Below are positions 9,489-18,771 of a DNA stretch of 38,619 nt, in pieces. Each line of letters opens with the position of its first letter. Positions within the stretch are counted from its first letter, which is position 1. The notes below the pieces were generated by a model. It saw only the letters and a list, made by a program, of their open reading frames with translations, was not told where the DNA came from and made no database searches. The stretch comes from a virus (taxonomy: Duplodnaviria; Caudoviricetes), in IMG/VR virus record IMGVR_UViG_3300049859_000058, positions 1 through 38,619 of that record; one strand, 5' to 3'. The position numbers and the translations under genes are program-made.

Positions 9489-9914
9489 ATGGCAACCCGT
9501 CGCACCACCCGTAGCAAGCCCGCTGAAGCTCCCGTCACTGACGCGCCCGCACCCGAGGCGCCAGTGGAGGAGACCAAGCCCAAGGCCGCTGAAATCAAGC
9601 TGGCCAAGGTGCCCGCCGCAGCAAAGCCTGCCCTCAAGCCGCAAGACCTGGCCCGCTTCCTGGGCCTGAAAGAGCACGACACCGAGCAGATGCAGGCGCT
9701 GCTCGTAGCCGCCATGACCGAGGCCCAGTCCTTCATGGGCGCCGAGGTGCCTGCTGATAAGCAGGGCCACGTCTACCAGCAGGGCATCCTGCACCTGGCC
9801 GCCAAGTTCTACGCCGCGGGCACGTCCAAGATCGAAAAGGCTGGCGACCTGCCTATGGTTTGCCGCTACTTCTTCGAGCTGGTGCGCCGTGAGCTTTCAG
9901 GTTCCGCGCAGTAA
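9489..9914 (+). CDS. Putative head-tail connector (HK97 gp6-like) with Pro/Ala/Lys-rich N-terminus
   Basis: L..FLGL...D...QALLVAA...A.SFMG...QGILHLAAKFY...LP helical pattern. Confidence 0.5.
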   Translation: MATRRTTRSKPAEAPVTDAPAPEAPVEETKPKAAEIKLAKVPAAAKPALKPQDLARFLGLKEHDTEQMQALLVAAMTEAQSFMGAEVPADKQGHVYQQGILHLAAKFYAAGTSKIEKAGDLPMVCRYFFELVRRELSGSAQ

Positions 9915-11451
9915 TCGCCGCACCAGCGGCGTCGGCGCATTCGAGAACACCGAGGGCAGCCGCAACACCCAGAACCTGCTGCGCACCGGCAAGATCCAGG
10001 ACGTAGACCTGGAGAAGCGGCTGGTGCGCGTGTGCATCGGCGAGGGTGACAGCTGCATCGAGACGGCCTGGCTGCCGGTGCTGGAGGTGGCTGCCTCCGC
10101 CACCCGCGGCGGCATGTCCGACTGGGTGCCGCCCAGGAAGGACGACGTGGTGCAGGTGCTGGCGCCTGGCGGTGAACTGCCGCTGGGCATGGTGATCCCC
10201 AGCCAGTTCATGCACGCCGACGACGCGCCCTTCAAGGACCGCGCCGAAGGCTACGAGTTCGGCGCCCTGGGCGACCCGCGCGACAGCGTGTTCCGCAAGC
10301 TGTTCGGCGACGGCACCCTGCTGGAGTACGACACCGAGCAGAAGCAGGTGCGGGTGGAGACACCCGGCAGCATCAAGGCGCACGCCGGTGGCCAGGTGAT
10401 CCTGAAGTCGCCCTTCATCAAGCTGGACGCAGACGCGGTGCACGTCACCGGGAAGCTGCTGCTCAGCGACAAGGTGATCGGCATGAACAAGCAGCTCAGC
10501 GGCAACGCTGCGCTCGACTTCCTGGGCGATCCCATCCACCTGAACAATCAGGGCGGCGTGTTCGGCATCGCTGGCAGCCTGATCTCTGGCTTCGGCCTCA
10601 CCGACATGGCTGGGGCCATTGGCGGCTTCGGCAACTTCGACGGCCTGTTCGGCAACCTGGTCAACGGCATCGGCGCACCCATGGGGCTGCAGAGCTTCCT
10701 GGGCGGCGACGGCCTGCTGGGCGCGATCCCGGCCGACATCCTGGGCGCTGGCTTCAACGCCCTGGGCGTGCCCAACGTGCTGGGCCCGCTCAGCAACGCC
10801 ATGGGCTTCGTGCAGGATCTGCAGACTGGCAACTGGCAGGGCATGGCTGAATTCGCCATGGACATCGGCCAGCAGTTCGGCCTCGAGGTGCCGCAGTTCC
10901 TGGAGACTGGGCTGGGCGTGATTGGCCAGCTCGGCGCTGATCCGTTTGAAACCATCAGCGGCTGGGTGCAGGACGGCGACATCAACGTGAACCAGCTGGT
11001 ACAGGTGGCGCAGTCCACCGGCCTGCTGCCCAGCGGTGTGAGCCAGCTGGCCAGCACCGTTGGCAGCGTGCTGCAGACAGCCCAGCAAGGCGGCAGCTTC
11101 CAGGTGGGCGGCCTGCCCATCGGCGGCGGCCAGCTGACACCCAGCAACCTGATGCAGGGCCTGCGCTCCACCATGGCCGCGGTGGCTGACACCGAGCTGG
11201 CCAACATCATCAACGACCGGGGTCTGGTGCAGACGTGGGAGATGCTGTTCCACGGCAACGTGCAGCCGGGCAGCATGATCGCCGACTTCGTTGAGTCAGG
11301 GCAGATCAACCTGGAAAGCCTGCTCAACATCGGCACCCCGCTGCAGCGTGGCGCCAGCAACACCCATCAGGCAGATACCCGCACGGCGCAGCAGAAGCAG
11401 CAGGCGCCAGCGCAGGGCGAGTGCCAGATCCGCTTCAACCAACCAACCTAG
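9889..11451 (+). CDS. Baseplate spike (gpV-like) with long C-terminal extension
   Basis: NLLRTGKI..VD...RVRV...TAWLP...W.PP...V.VLAPGGE..G (OB-fold), FGDGTLLEYD, then about 300 Gly-rich residues; GTG start. Confidence 0.88.
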   Translation: MSFQVPRSNRRTSGVGAFENTEGSRNTQNLLRTGKIQDVDLEKRLVRVCIGEGDSCIETAWLPVLEVAASATRGGMSDWVPPRKDDVVQVLAPGGELPLGMVIPSQFMHADDAPFKDRAEGYEFGALGDPRDSVFRKLFGDGTLLEYDTEQKQVRVETPGSIKAHAGGQVILKSPFIKLDADAVHVTGKLLLSDKVIGMNKQLSGNAALDFLGDPIHLNNQGGVFGIAGSLISGFGLTDMAGAIGGFGNFDGLFGNLVNGIGAPMGLQSFLGGDGLLGAIPADILGAGFNALGVPNVLGPLSNAMGFVQDLQTGNWQGMAEFAMDIGQQFGLEVPQFLETGLGVIGQLGADPFETISGWVQDGDINVNQLVQVAQSTGLLPSGVSQLASTVGSVLQTAQQGGSFQVGGLPIGGGQLTPSNLMQGLRSTMAAVADTELANIINDRGLVQTWEMLFHGNVQPGSMIADFVESGQINLESLLNIGTPLQRGASNTHQADTRTAQQKQQAPAQGECQIRFNQPT

Positions 11452-11476
11452 AATCAGCTGACACGGGGGCCCAGTC

Positions 11477-11824
11477 ATGGAGGGCATGAGCAGGGGCACC
11501 GGTAAGGCGCTGGCAGACATTGAGCACCTGCGCCAATCCGTGGCCGACATCCTGACTACGCCCAAGGGCACCAGGGTGATGCGCCGGGAGTACGGCAGCG
11601 ATCTGCCGCGCCTGGTGGACCGCCCCGTGAACCAGTCCCTGCTGGCCTCCATTCGGGCTGAAACCGTTGACGCCCTGGCCCGGTGGGAACCGCGCCTACG
11701 ATGCGAACGGGTGCAGCTGAACCAGGTCGGCCAGGGCTTTGTCTCAATGGATCTGACCTTCACCTACCTGCCTGATGGGCGGGAGGTGTCGCTGCTGGAT
11801 CTGCGCATCGGGGGCCTCCTGTGA
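11477..11824 (+). CDS. Baseplate wedge protein, P2 gpW / T4 gp25 family
   Basis: GMSRGTG...HLRQSVADILTTPKGTRVMRREYGS..LVDRP...WEPRL. Confidence 0.93.
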   Translation: MEGMSRGTGKALADIEHLRQSVADILTTPKGTRVMRREYGSDLPRLVDRPVNQSLLASIRAETVDALARWEPRLRCERVQLNQVGQGFVSMDLTFTYLPDGREVSLLDLRIGGLL

Positions 11825-12795
11825 CATTCAGCATCGCCAACCTGCCGGAACCTGCGCTCATCGAGGAGCTGAACTACGAGGCAATCTTCCGCGAGCTGGT
11901 GGAGGACTTCGTTGAGCGGCACCCTGATTACACTGCGCTGCTCGAAAGCGACCCGGCTATCAAGCTGCTGCAGGTGTTCGCCTACCGCGAGCTGCTGCTG
12001 CGCCAGCGCGTGAACGACGCCTTCAAGGCCACCCTCCTGGCCTTCGCGCAGGCAGGTGACCTCGATCAGCTGGCGGCCTTCTACGGCGTGAACCGCCAAG
12101 CCGCCGAGCCCGATGGCGACCTGCGGGCCCGCACCATTGAGCGCATCAAGGGCAGCAGCACCGCAGGCGGCGCTGCCTGGTATCGCTACCAAACCCTCAC
12201 CGCTGACGAGCGTGTGGTGGATGCCCTGGTGACCAGCCCCGACGCTGGCCAGGTGCGCATCGCCGTGCTCAGCGACGAGGGCCCCACCATCAAGGCCGCC
12301 ACCGGCACGGCCCTGGACACCCTGGGCGCCACCTACGGCCTCACCCGCAACGTGTTGGCCAACGAGGGCGACACGGCCTTCCGGGCCCGCATCCTGCAGG
12401 AGGCCCTGGGCGGCCGTGGTGATGGCGCCGCCAGCAGCCAGCTGCTGGGCGCCGTCAACATGCGCATCCAGGCCGACGACGTGCGGGTGATCACGGACAC
12501 CGTGCAGGTGATCAGCGCCAACATCGTTCAGGTGAACGTGGTGGCCAACCTCTACCTCTACCCCGACCAACCGGCCGCCATCCTGAACGGCCTTGAGCAA
12601 AGCATCCGCACGGCCTTTGCCGCCGAGGGCGGCCTTGGCTGGGACCTCACGCCCAGCTGGCTGATCAGCCGCCTGCACGTGCAGGGCGTGCAGCGTGTGG
12701 AGCTGGCCTCGCCCGCGGGTGTGATCGCCGCTGACAGCACCACTGCGGTGGCCCTGGGCAGCATCACGATCAACCTGGCGGGCTACGACCGATGA
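11821..12795 (+). CDS. Baseplate J-like protein
   Basis: LPEPALIEELNYE, LESDP..KLL...AYRELLLRQRVND, STAG...Y, VRVITD.V.V.SA. Confidence 0.92.
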   Translation: MTFSIANLPEPALIEELNYEAIFRELVEDFVERHPDYTALLESDPAIKLLQVFAYRELLLRQRVNDAFKATLLAFAQAGDLDQLAAFYGVNRQAAEPDGDLRARTIERIKGSSTAGGAAWYRYQTLTADERVVDALVTSPDAGQVRIAVLSDEGPTIKAATGTALDTLGATYGLTRNVLANEGDTAFRARILQEALGGRGDGAASSQLLGAVNMRIQADDVRVITDTVQVISANIVQVNVVANLYLYPDQPAAILNGLEQSIRTAFAAEGGLGWDLTPSWLISRLHVQGVQRVELASPAGVIAADSTTAVALGSITINLAGYDR

Positions 12796-14300
12796 CCGTT
12801 GCCGACCTGCTGCCAAGCAATGCCAGCCAGCTAGAGCGCGATCTGTCGCGCACCGGCAATGTGCTGCCGAAGCTGGGCCCGGGCGCCGAGCGCGTGCGCA
12901 ATGCCAAGCACACCAACATCCCCGACGATGTGGTGCCGTGGCTGATCTACGAATACGGCCTGGGCGAGATCACGCCCTACGTGCCCGACCTGCGCCAGGC
13001 GCTGGCCGAGGGCATCCAGTGGCAGCGGGTGCGCGGCACCCGGCAGGCCATCAACATCGGCCTCGGCTGGATTGGCTTCGACGCCCTGGTGGAGGAGTCC
13101 GAGGCGGGCACCCTGCGCTGGGCCGATTTCCAGATGGGCCTGGACCAGGCGCCCAACGGCCTGGAGTTCACCAACAACGTCATCCAGATCAGCCGCCTGT
13201 CGGCGCCGATCCGCTCGCGGCTGTTCCGTATCTACGGCGGCTACGACCACCGGCGCTTCAGGCTGGATGACCACCAGCTGAGTGGCGGCAGCTGGCTGTG
13301 CGATGACACTGGCGTCTACCTGCGCGAGGACTGGCCGCAGCTGTCCTTCGGTCGCGAGCACGACACCGCGGGCGACCTGTACGCCGGGCGTGCTGGCGCC
13401 CAGGGCATCGAGCACAACTACACCGACGGCGGTCAATACGAAGACCGCATGATCCTCAGCTGCAGCCAGCTCGATGAGCTGGAGTGGCGCACGTGGCACC
13501 TGGATGTGTCCACGGTGGTGGTGAGCCGCGGGCACCTCAGCGTGGCGGGCCCCTGGTGGCAGCGCCCCAGCAGCTGGGAGAACATCACCTGGGATCAGGG
13601 GCTCGACTGGGCAGGCCTGGTCAACCGCATTGCACCGCCGCTGCGCTACGCCAAGGCGGGCCTCTATCTCAGCGATGGCGCGGTGCTGGGCGACACGAAC
13701 GCCTGCTTCGCTGCCCGCTACGAGCAGGAGGTGGGCTTCGGCGCCATGCTGCTCAGCGAGGCCGATGCCGCCACTGGCGAGGCGATCCTCAGTGAGCACG
13801 TCGGCCGCCTGGAATACCAGGAGTGGAACGAGCGCCTGGAGCAGCAGCACGCTGCCGTGGCCCAGCCACCGGCTGATGTGATTGGCGCCCTTGCGGTGCG
13901 CCGCGAGCACCAGCGCCTGCTGGCCTACGACGACGTGTTCCGCCTCGATCAGCACGGCCTGAGCGAATGGCTGCCGCTGGTCACCCAGCAAGCCATCACC
14001 CGGGACCACACCCTGACCGGCTACGGCCAGAACGTCACTGCAGTTACCTGGGAATCCGTTCGCTGGACTGATGCGAATAAGTGGTTGACTTTGCCGTTGC
14101 TTGGCCGTCAACTGAGCAGGTTCCACACAACTGAAACGGTCGAGGATCGGCAGAGCATTGCCGAGGCCTCCCGCACAGCCGACCACGTGATCGAAGCTGA
14201 CCAGACGCTGTTCGGCGATTGGCTGAGCCGCGCCGACTGGTCCGGCTACTGGAACGAGTCGGTTCCACTGATCGCAAGCTCGCACCAGAGCACGACCTAA
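12792..14300 (+). CDS. Baseplate/tail protein I (P2 gpI-like), extended
   Basis: LLPSNASQLERDL...PWL.YEYG...RVRGTRQAI..GL.WIG; follows gpJ. Confidence 0.8.
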   Translation: MTVADLLPSNASQLERDLSRTGNVLPKLGPGAERVRNAKHTNIPDDVVPWLIYEYGLGEITPYVPDLRQALAEGIQWQRVRGTRQAINIGLGWIGFDALVEESEAGTLRWADFQMGLDQAPNGLEFTNNVIQISRLSAPIRSRLFRIYGGYDHRRFRLDDHQLSGGSWLCDDTGVYLREDWPQLSFGREHDTAGDLYAGRAGAQGIEHNYTDGGQYEDRMILSCSQLDELEWRTWHLDVSTVVVSRGHLSVAGPWWQRPSSWENITWDQGLDWAGLVNRIAPPLRYAKAGLYLSDGAVLGDTNACFAARYEQEVGFGAMLLSEADAATGEAILSEHVGRLEYQEWNERLEQQHAAVAQPPADVIGALAVRREHQRLLAYDDVFRLDQHGLSEWLPLVTQQAITRDHTLTGYGQNVTAVTWESVRWTDANKWLTLPLLGRQLSRFHTTETVEDRQSIAEASRTADHVIEADQTLFGDWLSRADWSGYWNESVPLIASSHQSTT

Positions 14301-14342
14301 ACTGACCCCTAGAATGACCACGACACAGGAGGCCATGGCCTA

Positions 14343-14828
14343 ATGGCAACCCTCGTAACGACCGGGCGAGCTGGCCTGGCCGCTTCTGTGGCGGCCCGCG
14401 ACATCTACCTGGGCGTGGGCGCCGGTAGCTCGACCTGGGACAGCACCGCCACCCCACCCGAAGACATCACCAGCAGCGCACTGATGGCGCCCGTGGGCTA
14501 CCGCAAGGCCGCCCAGGTGTCGTTCGTGCTGCCCAATGCAGCAGGCTCCATCAGTCTGCCGACCGGCCGCTACGAGGTGAGCGCCACTCAGACGAACTAT
14601 CTGTACCTGCGCTTCACCCTCGATTTCGAGGATGTGAGCACGGCTACGATCCGCGAGACCGGCATCTTCCTCGACACGGTGCCTGAAGCAGGGCTGCCAG
14701 CTGGCCAGATGTTCTTCCTGCCTGGGCAGGTGGACGACCCCGGCACCCTCTACCTGCTGGAGCACGTGGCAGCGATCATCCGCACCCCTGCTACCCGCGA
14801 AACCTTCGAGTTCGTCCTGACCTTCTGA
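14343..14828 (+). CDS. Tail/baseplate structural protein (fibre-attachment like)
   Basis: LVTTGRAGLA...YLGVGAG...IRETGIF pattern resembling tail-collar N-termini; position. Confidence 0.6.
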   Translation: MATLVTTGRAGLAASVAARDIYLGVGAGSSTWDSTATPPEDITSSALMAPVGYRKAAQVSFVLPNAAGSISLPTGRYEVSATQTNYLYLRFTLDFEDVSTATIRETGIFLDTVPEAGLPAGQMFFLPGQVDDPGTLYLLEHVAAIIRTPATRETFEFVLTF

Positions 14829-14835
14829 GGCCGCC

Positions 14836-17800
14836 ATGACACTGCAGGGCTACTACAACCGCTTCGACGCCTCTAAGCGTTACGACGAGCTTCTGTTCCG
14901 GGCCAGCAAGGGCCTGCAATCCGCTGAGCTGAACGAGGTTCAGTCGATCCTCAGCGACCGCGTGCGCAAGATCGCCGACGTGCTGTTCAAGGACGGCGCG
15001 GTGGTGCGCGGCGGCAGCGCCAACATCAACGCCCAGACGGGCGCCACCCAGATGGAGGCGGGCGCCGTCTACGTGCTGGGCGGTGTGCGCGAGGTGGCTG
15101 CTGCCACCTTCACCATCCCCACCACCGGCAGCCTGCAGATCGGCGTCCGGGTGGTCACCGCCGAAGTAACTGAGCTGGAAGACGCGCAGCTGCGCGATCC
15201 GGCCGTCGGCACCCGCAACTACCAAGAGCCTGGCGCTGGCCGCACCCGCCGCCTGGTGACCTGGGCATGGTCTGGCGATGGCCAGCCTGGCGAGTTCTTC
15301 AGCGTCTACGCCGTGCTGAACGGCGTGCTGGTGACGCAGGACCTGCCGCCCCAGCTGGACGGTGTGAAGCAGCTGATCGCCCGCTACGACCGCGATGCGA
15401 ACGGCAGCTACATCGTCAGCGGCCTCAACCTGATTGCGCTGGGCAAGGACGCCACCAGCTCGAATTACGTCTACAGCGCCCAGGAAGGCGTCGCCAACGT
15501 CCAGGGCTTCAAGATCGACAAGCCTCAGTCCACCCCGCTGAGCTTCCCCATTGATCCTGACCTGCAGACAATCAACAACGAGCCGCGCGTCAGCACCACC
15601 GCTGGCACGCAAACCATCACCACCAGCCGCAAGCCGCTGAGCGTCGTGCAGGACGTGGTGATCACGGCCCAGAAGACCGTCACCCTGACCCACGGCGCCT
15701 TCACCGGCGCACGTGACGCGCTGCCTGACACCGCGGTGCTGAGCATCGTTTCGGTCAGCCAAGGCGCCACCACCTACGCCCAGGGCAATGACTACGTGCT
15801 GACGGCCGACCAGGTGGACTGGACGCCCAGCGGCGCTGAGCCTGCACCGGGCAGCACCTACTCGGTGACCTACCAGTACCTCACCAGCGTCACCCCCTCC
15901 AACATCAACACCGACGCAGGCACCTTCCAGATCACTGGCGCCGTCGTGGGCAGCCTTGTGCTGACCGACTACCAGTGGAAGCTGCCCCGCTTCGACGTGA
16001 TCGCCCTCGATCAGCAGGGCTACTTCCACCGCGTGAAGGGCGTCAGCTCTGCCTTCAATCCGGTGGTGCCCCTGGTGGCCAGCAACCAACTGCAGGTCGC
16101 CTCGATCCGCCACGACTGGCTGAGCACCAGCACCCCGGTGGTGGACAACGACGGCACCCGCGTGGTGCCCATGGCCGAGCAGCGCAAGCTGAAGGATTCG
16201 GTGGTGGAGCTTTACAGCCTCATCGCCGATGAGCGCCTGCAGCGGGACATCAGCAGCCGCGAGCCGTCTGCGAAGTACGGCGTGTTCACCGACCCGCTGC
16301 TGGACAACGATCTGCGCGATGCAGGCGTGGCCCAGGACGCGGTGATCGTTGGGCAGGAGCTGCAGCTGGGCATCAACGCCACCCCGGTGTTCGCCAGCCA
16401 GAACAACAGCACCACGAAGCTGCTGCCCTTTAGCGAGGAGGTGCTGGTGGCGCAGGAGCTGCGCACCGGCCAGATGGCGATCAACCCCTACGCCAACTTC
16501 GACCCCATCCCCGCACGGGTGCGCCTCAGCCCGAACATCGACCTGTGGACGGTGTTCGACGATCAGACCACTGCCACCACCCAGCGCATCACCCAGGGCA
16601 GCGGCAACGCCAGCAGCACCTCCGTCAGCACTGTCACCCAGCTGCTGCAGGACACCTCGGTGTCGCTGGAGTTCCTGCGCGAGCGCAGCGTGGGCTACAC
16701 CGTCGAGGGCTTTGACGCAAACGAGGCCCTGCAGATCCTGCGCTTCGACGGCCGCAACATCACCCCGGCTGGCGTGACCGCCAACCTGAGTGGCACCCTG
16801 ACCGGTTCCTTCAACGTGCCCGCTGGCGTGCCTGCTGGCACCAAGCTGGTGGAGTTCATCGGCAATAACGGCAGCTACGGCGCGGCTGAGTACACCGGCC
16901 AGGGAACGCTGCGCATCCGCCGCTGGAACCAGATCACCACGGTGCTCACCCAGTTCTGGTGGCAGAACCGCGATCCACTGGCGCAGTCCTTCACCCTTGA
17001 CCGCGGCCGCCACATCACTGGCCTGGATCTCAAGTTCGCCGCCAAGGGCAGCAACAACAACCCCGTGGTCGTTCAGATCCGCGAGGGCGACAACGGCTTC
17101 CCCACCCAGACGGTGCTGGCCGACGCCATCATCCGCGGCGATCAGATCGTCACGACCAACACCTACGTCCGCGCCGACTTCGGCACCCCGGTCTACCTGG
17201 AGGGCGGCACCGAGTACTTCATCGTCCTGCTGACTGACGACGCCACCCATGCGGTGCGCGTGGCCGAGCTGGGCAAGTTCGATTCGGTGGCCAACCGCTT
17301 CGTGACGGCACAGCCCTACACCGTGGGCGTGCTGCTGAGCAGCTCCAACGCCAGCACCTGGACGGCGCACCAGGAGAAGGACATGACCTTCCGCCTGGTG
17401 GGCGCCAGCTTCACGGCGACCGAGCAGACGTTCAACCTGGGCAGCCTGACGGTCAGCAGCATGACCGATCTGCAGGTGCTGGCCCCGGTGGACCTGCCCA
17501 CCGATGGCACCTCCGTGCAGTTCCGCTACACCCGCAGCACCGGCGAGGTGTTCACGCTGGCCCCGGGCCAGGCGCTGCAGTTCGAAACCAGCATCAGCGA
17601 CACCCTGCAGATCCAGGCCGTGCTCCGCGGCAGCAGCATCGCCAGCCCGGTGCTGTTCCCTGGCGTGCAGACGGTGGCTGGCACGCTGGACCAGGCAGCC
17701 ATCTACCAGGGCCGCCAGTTCCAGGTGGGCAACGGTGGCAGCACCATGCGCGTCGTCTTTGACGCCCTGGTGCCCGGCACCGCAGCCGTCGTGCCCCAGT

Positions 17801-17985
17801 ACGACAAGAACGGTTTCCAGAACATGACTCTCGCAAAGGCCACGCCGCTGGGCGATGGCTACGTGGAGTACGTCTACCAGGACACCGGCATCGTGGGCCT
17901 CACCGCCACCAAGGTGAAGCTCAACCTCACCGGCACCCCGGCCCACCGGCCGAAGGTCCGCAACATCCGCGCCGTGATGGTCTGA
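14836..17985 (+). CDS. Large virion structural protein (DUF4815-like)
   Basis: YYNRFDASKRY..LLFR...LQSAELNEVQS; EPGAGR; GVFTDP..D; INPY; DPLAQSF. Confidence 0.82.
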   Translation: MTLQGYYNRFDASKRYDELLFRASKGLQSAELNEVQSILSDRVRKIADVLFKDGAVVRGGSANINAQTGATQMEAGAVYVLGGVREVAAATFTIPTTGSLQIGVRVVTAEVTELEDAQLRDPAVGTRNYQEPGAGRTRRLVTWAWSGDGQPGEFFSVYAVLNGVLVTQDLPPQLDGVKQLIARYDRDANGSYIVSGLNLIALGKDATSSNYVYSAQEGVANVQGFKIDKPQSTPLSFPIDPDLQTINNEPRVSTTAGTQTITTSRKPLSVVQDVVITAQKTVTLTHGAFTGARDALPDTAVLSIVSVSQGATTYAQGNDYVLTADQVDWTPSGAEPAPGSTYSVTYQYLTSVTPSNINTDAGTFQITGAVVGSLVLTDYQWKLPRFDVIALDQQGYFHRVKGVSSAFNPVVPLVASNQLQVASIRHDWLSTSTPVVDNDGTRVVPMAEQRKLKDSVVELYSLIADERLQRDISSREPSAKYGVFTDPLLDNDLRDAGVAQDAVIVGQELQLGINATPVFASQNNSTTKLLPFSEEVLVAQELRTGQMAINPYANFDPIPARVRLSPNIDLWTVFDDQTTATTQRITQGSGNASSTSVSTVTQLLQDTSVSLEFLRERSVGYTVEGFDANEALQILRFDGRNITPAGVTANLSGTLTGSFNVPAGVPAGTKLVEFIGNNGSYGAAEYTGQGTLRIRRWNQITTVLTQFWWQNRDPLAQSFTLDRGRHITGLDLKFAAKGSNNNPVVVQIREGDNGFPTQTVLADAIIRGDQIVTTNTYVRADFGTPVYLEGGTEYFIVLLTDDATHAVRVAELGKFDSVANRFVTAQPYTVGVLLSSSNASTWTAHQEKDMTFRLVGASFTATEQTFNLGSLTVSSMTDLQVLAPVDLPTDGTSVQFRYTRSTGEVFTLAPGQALQFETSISDTLQIQAVLRGSSIASPVLFPGVQTVAGTLDQAAIYQGRQFQVGNGGSTMRVVFDALVPGTAAVVPQYDKNGFQNMTLAKATPLGDGYVEYVYQDTGIVGLTATKVKLNLTGTPAHRPKVRNIRAVMV

Positions 17986-17989
17986 AGCC

Positions 17990-18421
17990 ATGGCAACTGA
18001 CAGCCGCACCACAAACAGGAACTACGCCCTCCCGTACCCCTCCAACCTCCTCGCGGAGGACGTGGTGCGGCTGCGGGAGGCGCTGAACCAGATCGACGTG
18101 GACATGGCCGCTCGCCCCGAGGCGACGGCCGTCACCGCGCAGATCACCCAGGCCATCAACACCATGGTGGATGGCGCCCCTGGCGCCCTGGACACCCTGA
18201 ACGAACTGGCCGCCGCCCTGGGCGACGACGCCAACTTCGCCACCACGGTGACCAACGCCCTGGCAGCCCGCCTGCAACTGAGCGGCGGCACCATGACGGG
18301 GCCGATTACGCTGGCAGGTGATCCCACGGCGGCGCTCCACGCTGCTCCGAAGCAGTATGTGGACACGCAAATCACCGCCAACAAAGGGGCCAGCATCGGC
18401 CTCGCCATCGCCCTTGGATGA
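17990..18421 (+). CDS. Short tail fibre protein
   Basis: VDGAPGALDTLNELAAALGDDANFATTVTNALA, LSGGTMTG, HAAPKQYVD fibre motifs; C-terminal GLAIALG. Confidence 0.8.
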   Translation: MATDSRTTNRNYALPYPSNLLAEDVVRLREALNQIDVDMAARPEATAVTAQITQAINTMVDGAPGALDTLNELAAALGDDANFATTVTNALAARLQLSGGTMTGPITLAGDPTAALHAAPKQYVDTQITANKGASIGLAIALG

Positions 18422-18432
18422 GGCTCTAACCC

Positions 18433-18771
18433 ATGGCTGAAACCTTCAACCGGAACAGCGTCAAGCTGACCACCACCAGCATCACCGATGCCTACCAGGC
18501 GCCGAACGCTGCCGCGACTGATCGCGCCATCGTGCTGAGCTGCATGGTTGCGAACGTCGATGGCACCAGCTCGGCTGATGTGACGGTGGCAATCACCGAT
18601 TCCAGCAACACCGAGATCGCCAAGCTGGCCAACACCATCAACGTGCCCGCTGATGCGTCGCTGGAGATCGTGGCAAACAAGGTGGTGCTGAAGCGCGGTG
18701 AAAAGCTGCGCGTAACAGCATCAGCCGCCAACCGCCTCGATGTAACCGTGAGCGCTCTGGAGATTGCCTGA
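18433..18771 (+). CDS. Virion structural protein (fibre-associated beta-sandwich)
   Basis: MAETF...Y.AP...IV...VANVDG...VPADASL...KVVL..G..L....S.LEI pattern that I recall following AIALG-ending fibres. Confidence 0.65.
   Translation: MAETFNRNSVKLTTTSITDAYQAPNAAATDRAIVLSCMVANVDGTSSADVTVAITDSSNTEIAKLANTINVPADASLEIVANKVVLKRGEKLRVTASAANRLDVTVSALEIA

Noticed and set aside
14791-18012. 1073-aa minus-strand ORF
   Set aside because: Antisense shadow of the DUF4815-like gene; the same applies to 9853-11253, 12831-14336, 21159-22412, 26156-27400 and 28553-30274
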